DNA of 64,000 nt from an uncultured delta proteobacterium. Lineage in GTDB: Bacteria > Desulfobacterota > Desulfuromonadia > Desulfuromonadales > JACZKF01. Below, in pieces: positions 35,104-45,485 of this stretch; the first letter of the stretch is position 1, and every line of letters begins with the position of its first letter. The stretch lies in the NCBI GenBank assembly GCA_963816395.1, contig CAWFKQ010000009.1:96001-160000 (forward strand), written 5' to 3'. The translations under genes were made by a program, and so were the position numbers. Below the pieces are notes generated by a model. That model did no database searches and had not been told where the DNA came from. It was given only the letters and a program-made list of their open reading frames with translations.

Positions 35104-36833
35104 TCAGTTGCGGTCGAGCCGGCGGAAGGCGGCGAGTACGTCATTCTGGCTGAGAATGCCGAGCAGGCGGCCGGGATTCTCCTGATCGACCACCGGGAAA
35201 AAACTGAGATTGCGGTGCAGTTGGAGGACTTTTAAGGCTTCCCGTAGCGGCATCTCCGGGTAAAGCGCCTGCGGCCGGGGGGAGAGCAGGTCGCCGGCGA
35301 CCACTAGATGGACCAGGGAGGGCTCGAAAAGAAGGGTACGAATTTCGGTATAATCGATCATCCCGATGAAGTGTCCGGCAGCGTCCACCACCGGGAAGCG
35401 GTCGTAGCGGCTGTGCGCAATAAGGCGCAGCAGTTCATTGAAGGGTGTACTGTTGAGAATGGTCTCCACGTTTCGCCGCATCACGTGCTTGACCAGGATA
35501 TCTCCCGGATCTCGGAGCTGATGACCGGCGGGAATGCCCAGAGAGGTGCGGAAGTGCTGAACGACATCATGCAGCCCCTCCAACGTCCCCTGCGGAGCTC
35601 TTTTCCGCAGGAGAGAAAGAATCGGGACTTCCCCCGCCCGAACCAGCCCGTGCCGAACCGCCAGAGGTCCGATCAGCTCAAAGAAAATCACCGAGCCGAG
35701 AATCACCGTCTCGACCAGATGCCCTCCGGAAGGCCATTGGCGGGCGAGGGTGGAGGTCAGGCCGATGGCTACGCCGGCCTGGGCAAGCAAAGTCATCCCG
35801 GTGACCGCCCGCTGGCGCTCGCCGAAATGGCCGAGGCGCGCTCCGAGCCGGGCGCCCCAGAGTTTACCGGCGGTTCGGGCGATGACATAAACCATGCCGA
35901 TCACCCCGATATGCCGGAGGGTCTGCAGATGAAGGTTGGCGCCGGCAAGAATGAAGAAGGCCACATACAAGGGGTAGTCCACCTGCCGCAGCGATTCGAC
36001 CAGCCGGTGCCAGCGGGGGGAGCTGTTGGCCAGGGAGATGCCCAGGAAAAGGTTGGCCAGCATGGGATCGGTCGCTGTCCCATGGGCGATGCCGGTGACC
36101 GCGGCCACGCCGCCGAGGAGCAGGATCTTATACTCACTGGATAGCTCCAGGCGCTGCGCCCAGAAAGAGAGGCCCAGTCCGGACAAGGTACCCAGCAGTG
36201 GAGGGAAGACGATGCGGAGGAGAAGAGTTGTCCAGCCCCTCAGCGGGAAGTATGAGGAAATGGGCGGCGATGGTAAAGCCGAGAATGGAAAGCAGGTTAT
36301 TGATGCCGACCAGAGTCAGCACCGTTGCCGTCACCGGTCCCTCCGCTTCATATTCCCGGATGACCATCAGGGTAGCGGCGGGAGCCGTGGCGATGGCAAT
36401 GATGCCGAGGAAAAGGGCGAAATAGGCCGAGCTCGCCTGGAGGGAAAAACCCGGAACCAGCCGGTGGAGAAAGAGGAAATTGATGGCAAAGGTCAGGACG
36501 GCTACGGCGCCGAAGGTGCCGCCGATTTCGGCCAGGGAGAACAGGGCGATGCGGTGCTTCCAGCGGCGCAGGTTCTCGACCTGAAAGAGACCGCCGATGT
36601 TCATCAGGATCAGGGCCAGGGCGAGTTCAGACAGCAGGCTCAGCTGCGATAAGGCGGCCGGGGGCAGCAATGGCGGGGATTTCCAGGATTTCAGCCAGGG
36701 AAGGTCCCGCCAGCAGGCCAACCAGCAGATAGCCGGTGACCCGCGGAAGGCGGAGCAGAGAGGCCAGTCCCCCACCCACCAGGCCACCGAGAAAGAGGAC
36801 GGCGAGAGCCTGCATAACAGCGCTGGAAGGCAT
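35104..36833 (-). CDS. Cation:proton antiporter with C-terminal CBS pair; split by apparent indels (~36670, ~36210)
   Basis: RLPRVTGYLLVGLLAGPS, ATAPAATLMVIRE, FFILAGANL and QAGVAIGL, then CBS motifs (VKHVMRR, RFPVVD, FFPVVD, GILSQNDV). Confidence 0.82.
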
Positions 36834-36951
36834 GAAGATAATGCGCCTTTTCTTTGAGACGGGTTTTCATTAGAATAACATACGAACGAGGGAGAGCAAC
36901 GACAAACCGTCTCGCATCCCCGCCGCAGGCCCGGAAAATAAGCAGGTGCGC

Positions 36952-38647
36952 ATGGCAGGTCTGAGTCCCACGGAGATAACCGCTTTTTTGCTGGCCATCG
37001 GCATCCTCCTGTTGTCGGCGAGGGTTCTCGGCGAGTTGTCCCGGCGTCTCCACCAGCCTTCTGTTTTGGGGGAAATCCTGGCCGGAATACTCCTCGGCCC
37101 GACGGTTCTCGGCTCCCTGGCTCCAAAGGTCACCGCTTTCCTTTTTCCCCAGAGCGGCGGCGGCGCCATGGCCCTGGACGGCCTGACCACCCTGGCGATC
37201 GTGCTTTTTCTCCTGGTGGCGGGAATCGAAGTGGATCTCTCCACCGTCTGGCGCATGGGGAAGATGGCCCTTTACGTCGCACTGCCGGGGATGCTGCTGC
37301 CCTTCGCCCTGGGACTCGGAGCTGGATGGCTCCAGCCGGAAGCCCTCGGCTATCGCCCCGGGGTCGACCGGACGGCCTTTCTTCTGTTCATGGCGACCGT
37401 TCTCTCCATCTCGGCGCTGCCGATCATCGCCAAGATCCTGCTGGATCTGAAAATTTACCGCAGCGACCTGGGTATCACCCTGATTGCGGCGGCGGTGGTC
37501 AACGACCTGTTGGGCTGGATGATCTTTGCCGTGGTCCTCGGCACCACCGGTGCCGGCCACGGAGGGCTGCCGGTGGCCCATACCCTGTGGGTTACCGCCG
37601 TTTTCGCGGCAGCCATGCTGACCGTGGTGCCCTGGGCGATCCACCGGGTGCTCCCCTGGGTTCAGGCCTATGCCAGCTGGCCGGCTGGAGTACTCGGCTT
37701 CGCTTTCTCGTTCTCCCTGGTGGTGGCCGGGTTTACCGAATGGCTGGGAATCCATGCGATCTTCGGCTCCTTTCTGGCGGGGGTGGCCCTGGGCCATTCC
37801 ACCCACCTGAAGGAGCAGACCCGCACCACTCTCGACCAGTTCATCTCCTTCTTCTTTGCCCCGCTCTTCTTCGCCGGAATCGGTCTCAAGACCGATTTCG
37901 CGGCGAATTTTGACCTTTCCCTGACGGCCACTCTCCTTGCTGCTGGCGCTCACCGGCAAGATCCTGGGAAGCGCCTTGGGCGGCCGCTGGGGGGGGCTTT
38001 CCTGGCGTGAGGCCTGGGGAGCGGGTTTCGGCATGAGCGCCCAGGGAACGATGGGAATCATTCTCGGGGTTCTGGCACTGAAGATCGGCTGGATCCAGCA
38101 GGATGTCTTTGTCGCGCTGGTGTTGACGGGAATGATGACCTCCCTGCTCAGCGGGCCGATGCTGCAGAAGCTGCTCCGTCTGAAGAAGCCCAGGCATTTC
38201 GAGGATTTTCTGGTGCCCCAGGCTTATCTTCAGCCGCTGCAGGCCATTTCTCGGGAAGCGGCCATCCGGGAGCTGTCCCAGGCGGTCGCCGCCGCGGCCA
38301 GTCTGGAGGGGCCGGAGGTGGAGGCGGCGGTGCTGGCGCGGGAGCAGGTCATGCCTACCGGCCTCGGCGGCGGGCTGGCGGTTCCCCACGCGCGGCTGCC
38401 AGCGCTGAAGAAACCGTTGGTCGGCATCGGACTTTCTCCGGCCGGTATCGATTTCGATGCACCCGACGGCCTTCCGGCCCGGCTGATTTGTCTCATTCTG
38501 ACCCCGGCGCACGATAATGGCGCGCAAATCGAGATTCTTGCCGACCTGGCCGCCGTCTTCCGCAAAAAGGAGGTAGGGGAAAAGCTTCCCTTGCTGACCG
38601 GCCTGACCGAGTTTCTGGCCCTGATACGCAGCGAGCGGGGAGGATGA
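36952..38647 (+). CDS. Cation:proton antiporter (CPA2/KefB-like) fused to a PTS EIIA type-2 domain; one apparent indel (~37938)
   Basis: PSVLGEILAGILLGPTVLG, ISALPIIAKIL, AAVVNDLLGW and HAIFGSFLAG; C-terminal RE..MPTGLGGGLAVPHAR...GIDFDAPDG. Confidence 0.85.
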
Positions 38648-38716
38648 CGACCAGTAGCAGTCTCCCTTGACATGGGGGCGAAATATTCGACCCTGATAGG
38701 ACGAAGTTTTTTCTGT

Positions 38717-38746
38717 TTGACAGAAAAGGGGCAAACTTATTAACCT
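38717..38746 (+). promoter_or_regulatory. Putative sigma70 promoter of cmoA
   Basis: TTGACA-N18-TAACCT in an AT-rich spacer. Confidence 0.4.
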
Positions 38747-38798
38747 TCTGATTCTTGCCGTTAAACGAGCCAACTGAGGAATCTCAATAGAGGTGAAT

Positions 38799-39530
38799 AT
38801 GTCAAGAGACGAAGTTTTCAAGCAGGCAGTGTCGGTCGCCGAAGATTTTCGGTTTGGTGAGAAGGTCGCCTCGGTGTTCGATGACATGCTGTCGCGATCG
38901 GTGCCGTTTTACCCGGAGATGCAACGCATGATCGGCGAGATGGCCGCTGATTTCGCCGCTCCTGGCAGCCGGGTTTATGATCTCGGTTGTTCGACCGGCA
39001 CCACCCTGATCCACTTGGATCAAGTTTTGGGGGAACGGGAAATCACCCTGGTCGGTGTTGATAATTCAGAAGAAATGTTGGACAAATGCAGACAAAAAAT
39101 GGCTGAGCACCGTTTTTCCAATAAGGTAGAGCTTACCTGTGCGGACCTGAATCAGGGTATTTACCTGGAAGACGCGTCAATGGCATTTCTGGTCCTGACG
39201 CTGCAATTCATCCGCCCCCTCAACAGGGACAAGCTGATCAGGGGGATTTATGACGGCCTCCGGGAAAATGGGGCGCTGATTCTGGTGGAAAAGGTGTTAG
39301 GCGAGGATTCTTTATTTAATCGATCCTTCATAAAATATTATTACGAATTCAAGAAGAGAAACGGCTACTCGGAAATGGAAATTTCGCAGAAACGAGAGGC
39401 TCTGGAGAATGTGCTTATACCCTACCGGTTGGAGGAAAACCGGGAGATGCTGGAGCGTGCCGGTTTCCATTGCGTGGACGTTTTCTTCAAGTGGTACAAC
39501 TTTTCCGGAATTGTGGCGGTGAAGAGATGA
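38799..39530 (+). CDS. cmoA: Carboxy-S-adenosyl-L-methionine synthase CmoA
   Basis: Collinear with recalled CmoA motifs: F.F.EKVASVFDDM..RSVP.Y, VYDLGCSTG, DNS..M, TLQF, EK, FK..NGYSE.EISQKR..LENV, W.NF. Confidence 0.9.
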   Translation: MSRDEVFKQAVSVAEDFRFGEKVASVFDDMLSRSVPFYPEMQRMIGEMAADFAAPGSRVYDLGCSTGTTLIHLDQVLGEREITLVGVDNSEEMLDKCRQKMAEHRFSNKVELTCADLNQGIYLEDASMAFLVLTLQFIRPLNRDKLIRGIYDGLRENGALILVEKVLGEDSLFNRSFIKYYYEFKKRNGYSEMEISQKREALENVLIPYRLEENREMLERAGFHCVDVFFKWYNFSGIVAVKR

Positions 39531-40249
39531 TTCAGTTGGGAAACTTTTTTTTTCGTTACAGGAACCTGGTATTTCCCTTTGTTTTCGCGCTGATGGTCTT
39601 TGGCGAGTGGCTTCCTCTGGTGGAAAAAGGGCAGGTGCAGACCTGGATGCTGATTTCAGGTTTCCTAATCAGCCTGCTTGGGCAACTAATCCGTGCCCTG
39701 ACAATCGGACTTGACTATATCCGACGAGGCGGGAAGAAAAAGGCAGTCTATGCCGAAAACCTGGTTCGGTCGGGTATTTTCGCCCATTGCCGCAACCCGC
39801 TCTATCTCGGCAACATGATGATGATCGCCGGGCTGGGGATCATGTCGAACTCACTGCTTTTCTTCGTCATAGGGGTGCCGTTTTTCATCATTGCCTACTG
39901 GTCGATCATTATGGCCGAAGAGCATTTCCTTCGCGGCAAATTCGGTGCGGAATACACCCGCTACTGCAGTGAGGTACCCCGACTTTTCCCCCGCCTGGCG
40001 GGACTGGGCAAGACGGTCACCGGCATGCGGTTTCACTGGAAGCGTCTCATCCATAAGGAATATCAGACCTTCTATATCTGGGGTGCAGGGGCCGCCCTTT
40101 TTCTGATTCTCGATCAACTTGCCCATCGCGAGTTTTCGATCGGAGCAACGCCTTTTTTGCATATCCTCTATGCAGGTGTTGCCGGATGGACCGTTCTTTT
40201 CCTCACGGCATGGGTCCTGAAGAAGCGAAGAATACTGCGCCCCGATTGA
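39527..40249 (+). CDS. Integral-membrane SAM-dependent transferase, ICMT/PEMT family, resembling lipid A phosphate methyltransferase LmtA
   Basis: GNFFFRYR, L...GIFAHCRNPLYLGN and AEEHFLRGKFGAEY..Y...VPR motifs with multiple TM segments. The ATG overlaps the cmoA stop (ATGA at 39527-39530). Confidence 0.82.
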   Translation: MIQLGNFFFRYRNLVFPFVFALMVFGEWLPLVEKGQVQTWMLISGFLISLLGQLIRALTIGLDYIRRGGKKKAVYAENLVRSGIFAHCRNPLYLGNMMMIAGLGIMSNSLLFFVIGVPFFIIAYWSIIMAEEHFLRGKFGAEYTRYCSEVPRLFPRLAGLGKTVTGMRFHWKRLIHKEYQTFYIWGAGAALFLILDQLAHREFSIGATPFLHILYAGVAGWTVLFLTAWVLKKRRILRPD

Positions 40250-40345
40250 GTCCTCCCGCAAGCTGAGTCCGCGAGGAAAGCGAGCGCAAAGACACAGATG
40301 CCAGGGATCCATGCGGGGGCACTGCTGACTGAATCGCCCCTGGAT

Positions 40346-41875
40346 CTAGAATACCTTCCGGTCAAGGCCCCGGTACTGAATCGCCTCGGCCAGATGCGCT
40401 TGGCGGATCTGCTCCTCCCCGGCCAGGTCGGCGATGGTCCGGGCCACCTTGAGGATGCGGGTGTAGGTGCGGGCGGAGAGGCCGAGGCGGTCGGTGACCG
40501 CTTCGAGCAGCGCCTGCCCTTCGGCCTCGACAGAGCAGAATTTGCGGATGTGGCGGGTCTGCATGCGGGCGTTGGCGTGGATGCCGAAGCGCGCCAGGCG
40601 CTGGCGCTGGATCTCCCGGGCGCGGCCGACCCGCTCGCGGATAGCGGCAGATGGTTCGGCTTCGCGCGGATCGGCCAGTTCCCGGTGCGGCACCCGCGGC
40701 ACTTCCACGTGCAGGTCGATGCGGTCGAGCAGCGGTCCGGAGAGGCGGGTGCGGTAGCGCTGCAGCAGCGGCGGGGTGCAGGTGCAGGCGTGCTGGACAT
40801 CGCCCAGGTAGCCGCAGGGGCAGGGGTTCATCGCCGCCACCAGCATGAAGGAAGCGGGATAGGTCAGGCTGGTGGCGGCCCGGCTGATGGTCACCTGACC
40901 GTCTTCCAGCGGCTGGCGCAGCATCTCCAGCACGTTCTTTTTGAATTCCGGCAGTTCGTCCAGGAAGAGCACGCCATTATGGGCCAGGGAAACTTCCCCC
41001 GGCCGGGGAACGGCACCACCGCCGATCAGGCCGGCATCCGATACGGTATGGTGAGGGGAGCGAAAAGGCGGTACTGCGATCAGTGCCTGCTGACGGGGGA
41101 GGAGGCCGACGACGGAGTGCAGCTTGGTCGTTTCCAGTGCCTCCTCGAAGCTCTGCGCCGGGAGGATGGTGGGCAGCCGCCGCGCCAGCATTGTTTTGCC
41201 GCTGCCGGGCGGGCCAATAAGTAGGACATTGTGCGCTCCGGCCGCCGCCACTTCCAGTGCCCGCTTGACGTGCTCCTGACCGCGCACCTCGGCGAAATCC
41301 TCGCCGTGCACCGCCGCCGCGCGAAACAGCGCACAGGGGTCGACTTCACACGGTTCAAGCTGCCGCTCGCCATTGAGGAAGGCGACCACCTCACCCAGGT
41401 CGCGAACTCCATAAGTCGGCAGGCCTTCGACGATTGCTCCTTCCCGGGCGTTCTCTTCCGGCAGCAGCAGACCGGCCACCCCCCAGTCGCGGGCGGCCAT
41501 GGCAATCGGCAGCGAACCGCGAACCGGCTTGATCCGTCCATCTAAGGAGAGTTCCCCCATCAGTACATACGGACCGCGGTGCACCGGGCGCACCGCCCCG
41601 GTAGCGGTAAGCAGTCCAATTGCCATCGGCAGATCGAAGGCCGCCCCGTCCTTGCGGACGTCGGCCGGCGCCAAGTTGATGGTGATGCGGCGGGCCGGGA
41701 ATTCGTAGCCTGAGTTCTTGATCGCCGACTTGATGCGGTCCTTGGCCTCCTTCACCGCCCCTTCCGGCAGCCCGACGGTGGCGAACTGGGGCAACCCCTG
41801 GGCGATGTCGACTTCCACCTCGACCGGGTAGGCGTCGATGCCGATCAGTGCCCCCGACAGTACCTTGGCCAGCAT
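40346..41875 (-). CDS. comM: YifB/ComM family Mg-chelatase-like AAA+ ATPase
   Basis: [51 protein letters not shown] and SGPLLDRID motifs. Confidence 0.93.
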   Translation of the reverse strand: MLAKVLSGALIGIDAYPVEVEVDIAQGLPQFATVGLPEGAVKEAKDRIKSAIKNSGYEFPARRITINLAPADVRKDGAAFDLPMAIGLLTATGAVRPVHRGPYVLMGELSLDGRIKPVRGSLPIAMAARDWGVAGLLLPEENAREGAIVEGLPTYGVRDLGEVVAFLNGERQLEPCEVDPCALFRAAAVHGEDFAEVRGQEHVKRALEVAAAGAHNVLLIGPPGSGKTMLARRLPTILPAQSFEEALETTKLHSVVGLLPRQQALIAVPPFRSPHHTVSDAGLIGGGAVPRPGEVSLAHNGVLFLDELPEFKKNVLEMLRQPLEDGQVTISRAATSLTYPASFMLVAAMNPCPCGYLGDVQHACTCTPPLLQRYRTRLSGPLLDRIDLHVEVPRVPHRELADPREAEPSAAIRERVGRAREIQRQRLARFGIHANARMQTRHIRKFCSVEAEGQALLEAVTDRLGLSARTYTRILKVARTIADLAGEEQIRQAHLAEAIQYRGLDRKVF

Positions 41876-41920
41876 GATCCCCCTCCTGAAAAAACCTTCG
41901 TTAAAGTCTCTCAGAGATAA

Positions 41921-41967
41921 CAGAAAAGCCCCGGAAGGGCAAGCTTTTGGCTCTTCCACCGGGGCTT
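41921..41967 (-). terminator. Probable intrinsic terminator after trxB
   Basis: AAGCCCCGG/CCGGGGCTT stem followed by a T-run on the minus strand. Confidence 0.55.
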
Positions 41968-41991
41968 CTGGCATAAATGTCGCTGCAACTG

Positions 41992-42918
41992 CTAGAGCTC
42001 GTCCAGGTATTTCTCGGCCATAATGGCGGCTACTGCTCCGTCGCCGACGGCGGTGGCGATCTGCTTGAGGATTTTCTTGCGCACGTCGCCGGCGGCAAAG
42101 ACCCCCGGTATCGAGGTCCGACATTCGGCATCGGTGAGGACATATCCCTCGGCATCCAGCTTCAGCACTTCGGTCAGGAAATGCGCCTTGGGGGTGACAC
42201 CAATAGCGACGAATACCCCGTGGATCTCCAGGGTGCGCCGGTCGCCATTGCGTGTATCACGAAGTTCCACCGCCTTCAGGCCGCTGGCATCACCCTCCGC
42301 CCGCTCGACGGTGGCGTTCCACACGAGCTCGATCTTGGGGTTCTCGCGCAGTCTCTCCTGCAGGATGCGGGTGGCCCGCAGCTGATCGCGCCGGTGAATG
42401 AGATAGACCCGACTGGCGAAGCGGGTGAGAAAAAGAGCTTCCTCGGCGGCCGTATCGCCGCCGCCGACGATCGCCACCGGTACATTGCGGAAGAAGGCGC
42501 CGTCGCAGGTAGCGCAATAGGATACGCCGCGCCCGGTGAATTCCTGTTCGCCGGGCACCCCCAGCTTGCGCGGCTCGGCGCCGGTGGTGATGATCACCAC
42601 CCGCGTGCGCAGCTCTTTTCCTTCGCTCACAACCACCTTTTCCCGGCCGCAATCGATGAGCTTCTCCACTTCTCCATATTGGACTTGCAGGCCGAACTCC
42701 TGGCAGTGTTCCTGAAAGCGCACCATCAGATCGGGTCCGTCGATGCCGCCGGGGAAGCCCGGGTAATTCTCCACTTTGGTGGTGGTCATCACCTGGCCGC
42801 CCATGATCATCCGCTCGATCAGCAGCGTTTTGAGCTGGGCACGGGAGGTATAAAGACCGGCGGTAAGCCCGGCTGGGCCACCGCCGATAATGATCACGTC
42901 GTAATCAGTTTGGGACAT
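41992..42918 (-). CDS. trxB: Thioredoxin-disulfide reductase
   Basis: [41 protein letters not shown] and FAAGDV motifs. Confidence 0.96.
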   Translation of the reverse strand: MSQTDYDVIIIGGGPAGLTAGLYTSRAQLKTLLIERMIMGGQVMTTTKVENYPGFPGGIDGPDLMVRFQEHCQEFGLQVQYGEVEKLIDCGREKVVVSEGKELRTRVVIITTGAEPRKLGVPGEQEFTGRGVSYCATCDGAFFRNVPVAIVGGGDTAAEEALFLTRFASRVYLIHRRDQLRATRILQERLRENPKIELVWNATVERAEGDASGLKAVELRDTRNGDRRTLEIHGVFVAIGVTPKAHFLTEVLKLDAEGYVLTDAECRTSIPGVFAAGDVRKKILKQIATAVGDGAVAAIMAEKYLDEL

Positions 42919-43075
42919 CAGAAACTCCAGAAGTGGAATATTATGGAAGGGGAAATATAGCTTCATGCTCTGCGGTTTGCAACCCCCGCCGATGGTTTTC
43001 CGGAGAAGAGCCTTGACCGGGGGAAAAGCCTCTGTCTAGAATGACCTCACTTGATGCTGTGCAAGGACTTTTCCG

Positions 43076-44036
43076 ATGAAAGATGGAGAACAGCTGGATC
43101 GAAGCATCACCCGCGGATTCGGCCTGGCAATCGCCCTGACCGCGGTGACCCTGGTGGCGGAGACCTTCGGCGGAATCTGGACCAACTCCCTGGCGCTGCT
43201 ATCCGACGCGGCGCACGTCTTCATGGATCTTTTCGCCTTGGCCCTGTCTTTGATGGCCATCAAGCTGGCCGCCCGCCCGGCAACCGATCGCCGCACCTAC
43301 GGCTGGCACCGGGCGGAAATTTTCGCTTCTCTGATCAATGGCGCCACCCTGATCCTGATCGGCGTCGGCATTCTCCGCGAGGCCTGGGTTCGTCTGCTGC
43401 ATCCGGAGGTGGTCAAAAGCAAGGAGATGTTCATCATCGCCGTCATCGGCCTGGTGATGAATCTGGCCGCCGCCAGTCGTCTGCACCACCATTCGCACGA
43501 GGATCTGAATGTCCGCAGCGCCTTTCTCCATGTCCTCGGCGATGCCGTCGCTTCGGTGGGGGTCATCGTCGGCGGCCTGGTCATGCTCTTTACCCATTGG
43601 TACGTCCTCGATGCCGTGATCTCCATGGCTATCGTGCTGATCATTGGCTGGGGGTCTCTGCGCATCCTGCGCGAGGCCGGTCACATTCTTCTGGAAGGGG
43701 TCCCCCCCCATGTCGATATTAACTGATCTGGTGGGCAAGATGCGGCGAGTTGAGGGGGTGAACGATATCCATCACCTGCACGTCTGGTCGATCTGCTCGC
43801 ACATCTCAGCCCTCTCGGCGCATATCGATATCGAACCGGAGTACCGCCTGCAGCAGGGGGAGATCATTGGCGAAATCGAGCAGATGCTCGAGCATGACTA
43901 CCATATTACCCAGACCACTCTGCAGGGGGAATGTTCCCGCTGCATTACCGGCCCGGTGATCCAGCAGCTCGGGCATCGGCCCCGGTCCTCCAGCCTCTGC
44001 TCGCATGGCCATGCCGGTCATGAGCACAGCCCCTGA
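43076..44036 (+). CDS. Cation diffusion facilitator (CzcD/ZitB-like Zn/Co/Cd exporter); one apparent indel (~43720)
   Basis: SLALLSDAAHVFMD, TYGWHRAE, NVRSAFLHVLGD and HHLHVWS motifs with a His-rich tail. Confidence 0.9.
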
Positions 44037-44040
44037 TCTG

Positions 44041-44377
44041 ATGCGACGCGTCGCCGGAATTCTCCTCTGGTCCTGCCTGTTCGCCTCGCTGCTGCTGGCA
44101 ACAGACCAGCTCTTTCTGCGCGTCCCGATGCCCCTGCCGGTACTTGGCGATATCCGCATCTTCTATCTTGATTTTCGCCAGCGACTGCTGCAGCTGCCGC
44201 AACACTCGCGCCCCAGGAAAGCTGCGACGCGTCCCGTCCCCGCTGTAAAGGGCGCCCGGCCTACGCCCCGTCCCCCGGTATGTTTACGCCGATGACCAGG
44301 GCAATCTGCAGTTTGCCGAATCCCTGGAGGAAGTGCCGGCACATCTGCGCCGGGATGTCCGTCCTCTGCGCCCCTGA
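44041..44377 (+). CDS. Small membrane protein with DUF4124-like C-terminal motif; one apparent indel (~44270)
   Basis: N-terminal TM; the second frame reads YVYADDQGNLQFAESLEEVPAHLR. Confidence 0.55.
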
Positions 44378-44433
44378 GAAATTTCGCGTCTCGGCAGGCT
44401 CAGCCGGACGACTCTCCCGGAGTTAATCGGCCG

Positions 44434-45225
44434 CTACGGAAGATGGCCGTAAACCTCCGGGCGCCGGTCCCGGGAACAGGGAATCTGCTCCCGGTAGTCG
44501 GCCATTTCCGCGAAATCGAAAGTGGCGATTAGTTCCGTCTCCGTCTCCCCCGCCTCGGCCAGCACCTCCCCCCGAGGCGCCAGCAGCAGGCTCATGCCGA
44601 AGAAGTCGAGATTGCCCTGGATGCCGCAGCAGTTGGCCGCCGCCACGAACAGCTGATTCTCGATGGCCCGCGCCCGTAAAAGGGTGCGCCAGTGATCCTG
44701 GCGCGGCTTCGGCCACTCCGCCGGCAGGCAGAGGATCTCCGCGCCCGCCAGGGTCAGCTTGCGGAAGAGTTCGGGAAAGCGCAGGTCATAGCAGATGGCG
44801 ATGCCGAGGCGCGCAACCGAGGTGTCGACCGTCAGTAGCCGGTCGCCGGCGGTCAAAAATCGGTCTTCCCGCATGGTGGAAAACAGGTGGAGCTTGCGAT
44901 AACGCCCGACGGTCTGTCCCCGGTCCACAACAAAAGCGGCATTGTAAACGCTTCCCCCCTCTTTTTCCGGCAGACTGCCGACGATGACCATCTCCAGTTC
45001 GGCGGAAATTTCCTCGAGCCGAGCGATGATCCGCGGCGTTTCCTCAGCCAGGGCGGGTAGTCGCCGGTAGTCATAGCCGCTGCTCCACATTTCCGGCAGA
45101 ACCGCCATTTGTGCGCCCTTTTCTCCCGCCCGCCGCAATCCGGATAAGGCTTTCTGCAGATTCATGTCGATCTGGCCGAGAACGACATTGAACTGGACCG
45201 CTGAGGCAATGACCTTTCGTGACAT
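44434..45225 (-). CDS. Carbon-nitrogen hydrolase (nitrilase/Nit family)
   Basis: Catalytic E-K-C motifs LPEMW, YRKLHLF, ICYDLRFPE; also RARAIENQ. Confidence 0.92.
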   Translation of the reverse strand: MSRKVIASAVQFNVVLGQIDMNLQKALSGLRRAGEKGAQMAVLPEMWSSGYDYRRLPALAEETPRIIARLEEISAELEMVIVGSLPEKEGGSVYNAAFVVDRGQTVGRYRKLHLFSTMREDRFLTAGDRLLTVDTSVARLGIAICYDLRFPELFRKLTLAGAEILCLPAEWPKPRQDHWRTLLRARAIENQLFVAAANCCGIQGNLDFFGMSLLLAPRGEVLAEAGETETELIATFDFAEMADYREQIPCSRDRRPEVYGHLP

Positions 45226-45485
45226 GCGTTTCCCTTGATAAAAACTTGTTTTACAGAAGAGTGAATATAGAACCAGCACCTAAAAGCTTATTCTATTATA
45301 AAGGATCAAATTGTTCAAACAACCTCTTATAGTTCCGGGCAGATTCCCTTGACACTGCACATTGCCGAATGATACAAAACAAGGCGTTCTAAAGTGGAGT
45401 GAAAAAATTCCGGCTGAACCAAGTTCCGGCCGGAATTTTAGTATGATCGGGTTTTGCGGTCCTCATTTAACCAAAGGATGGAATC

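Noticed and set aside
40250..40345. Hammerhead- or GEMM-like RNA (CTGAGTCCGCGAGGAAAG inside a CTCCCGCA/TGCGGGGG stem)
   Set aside because: It lacks the CUGANGA and GAAA hammerhead core and the GEMM architecture, and it lies between convergent 3' ends, where simple hairpins are common.
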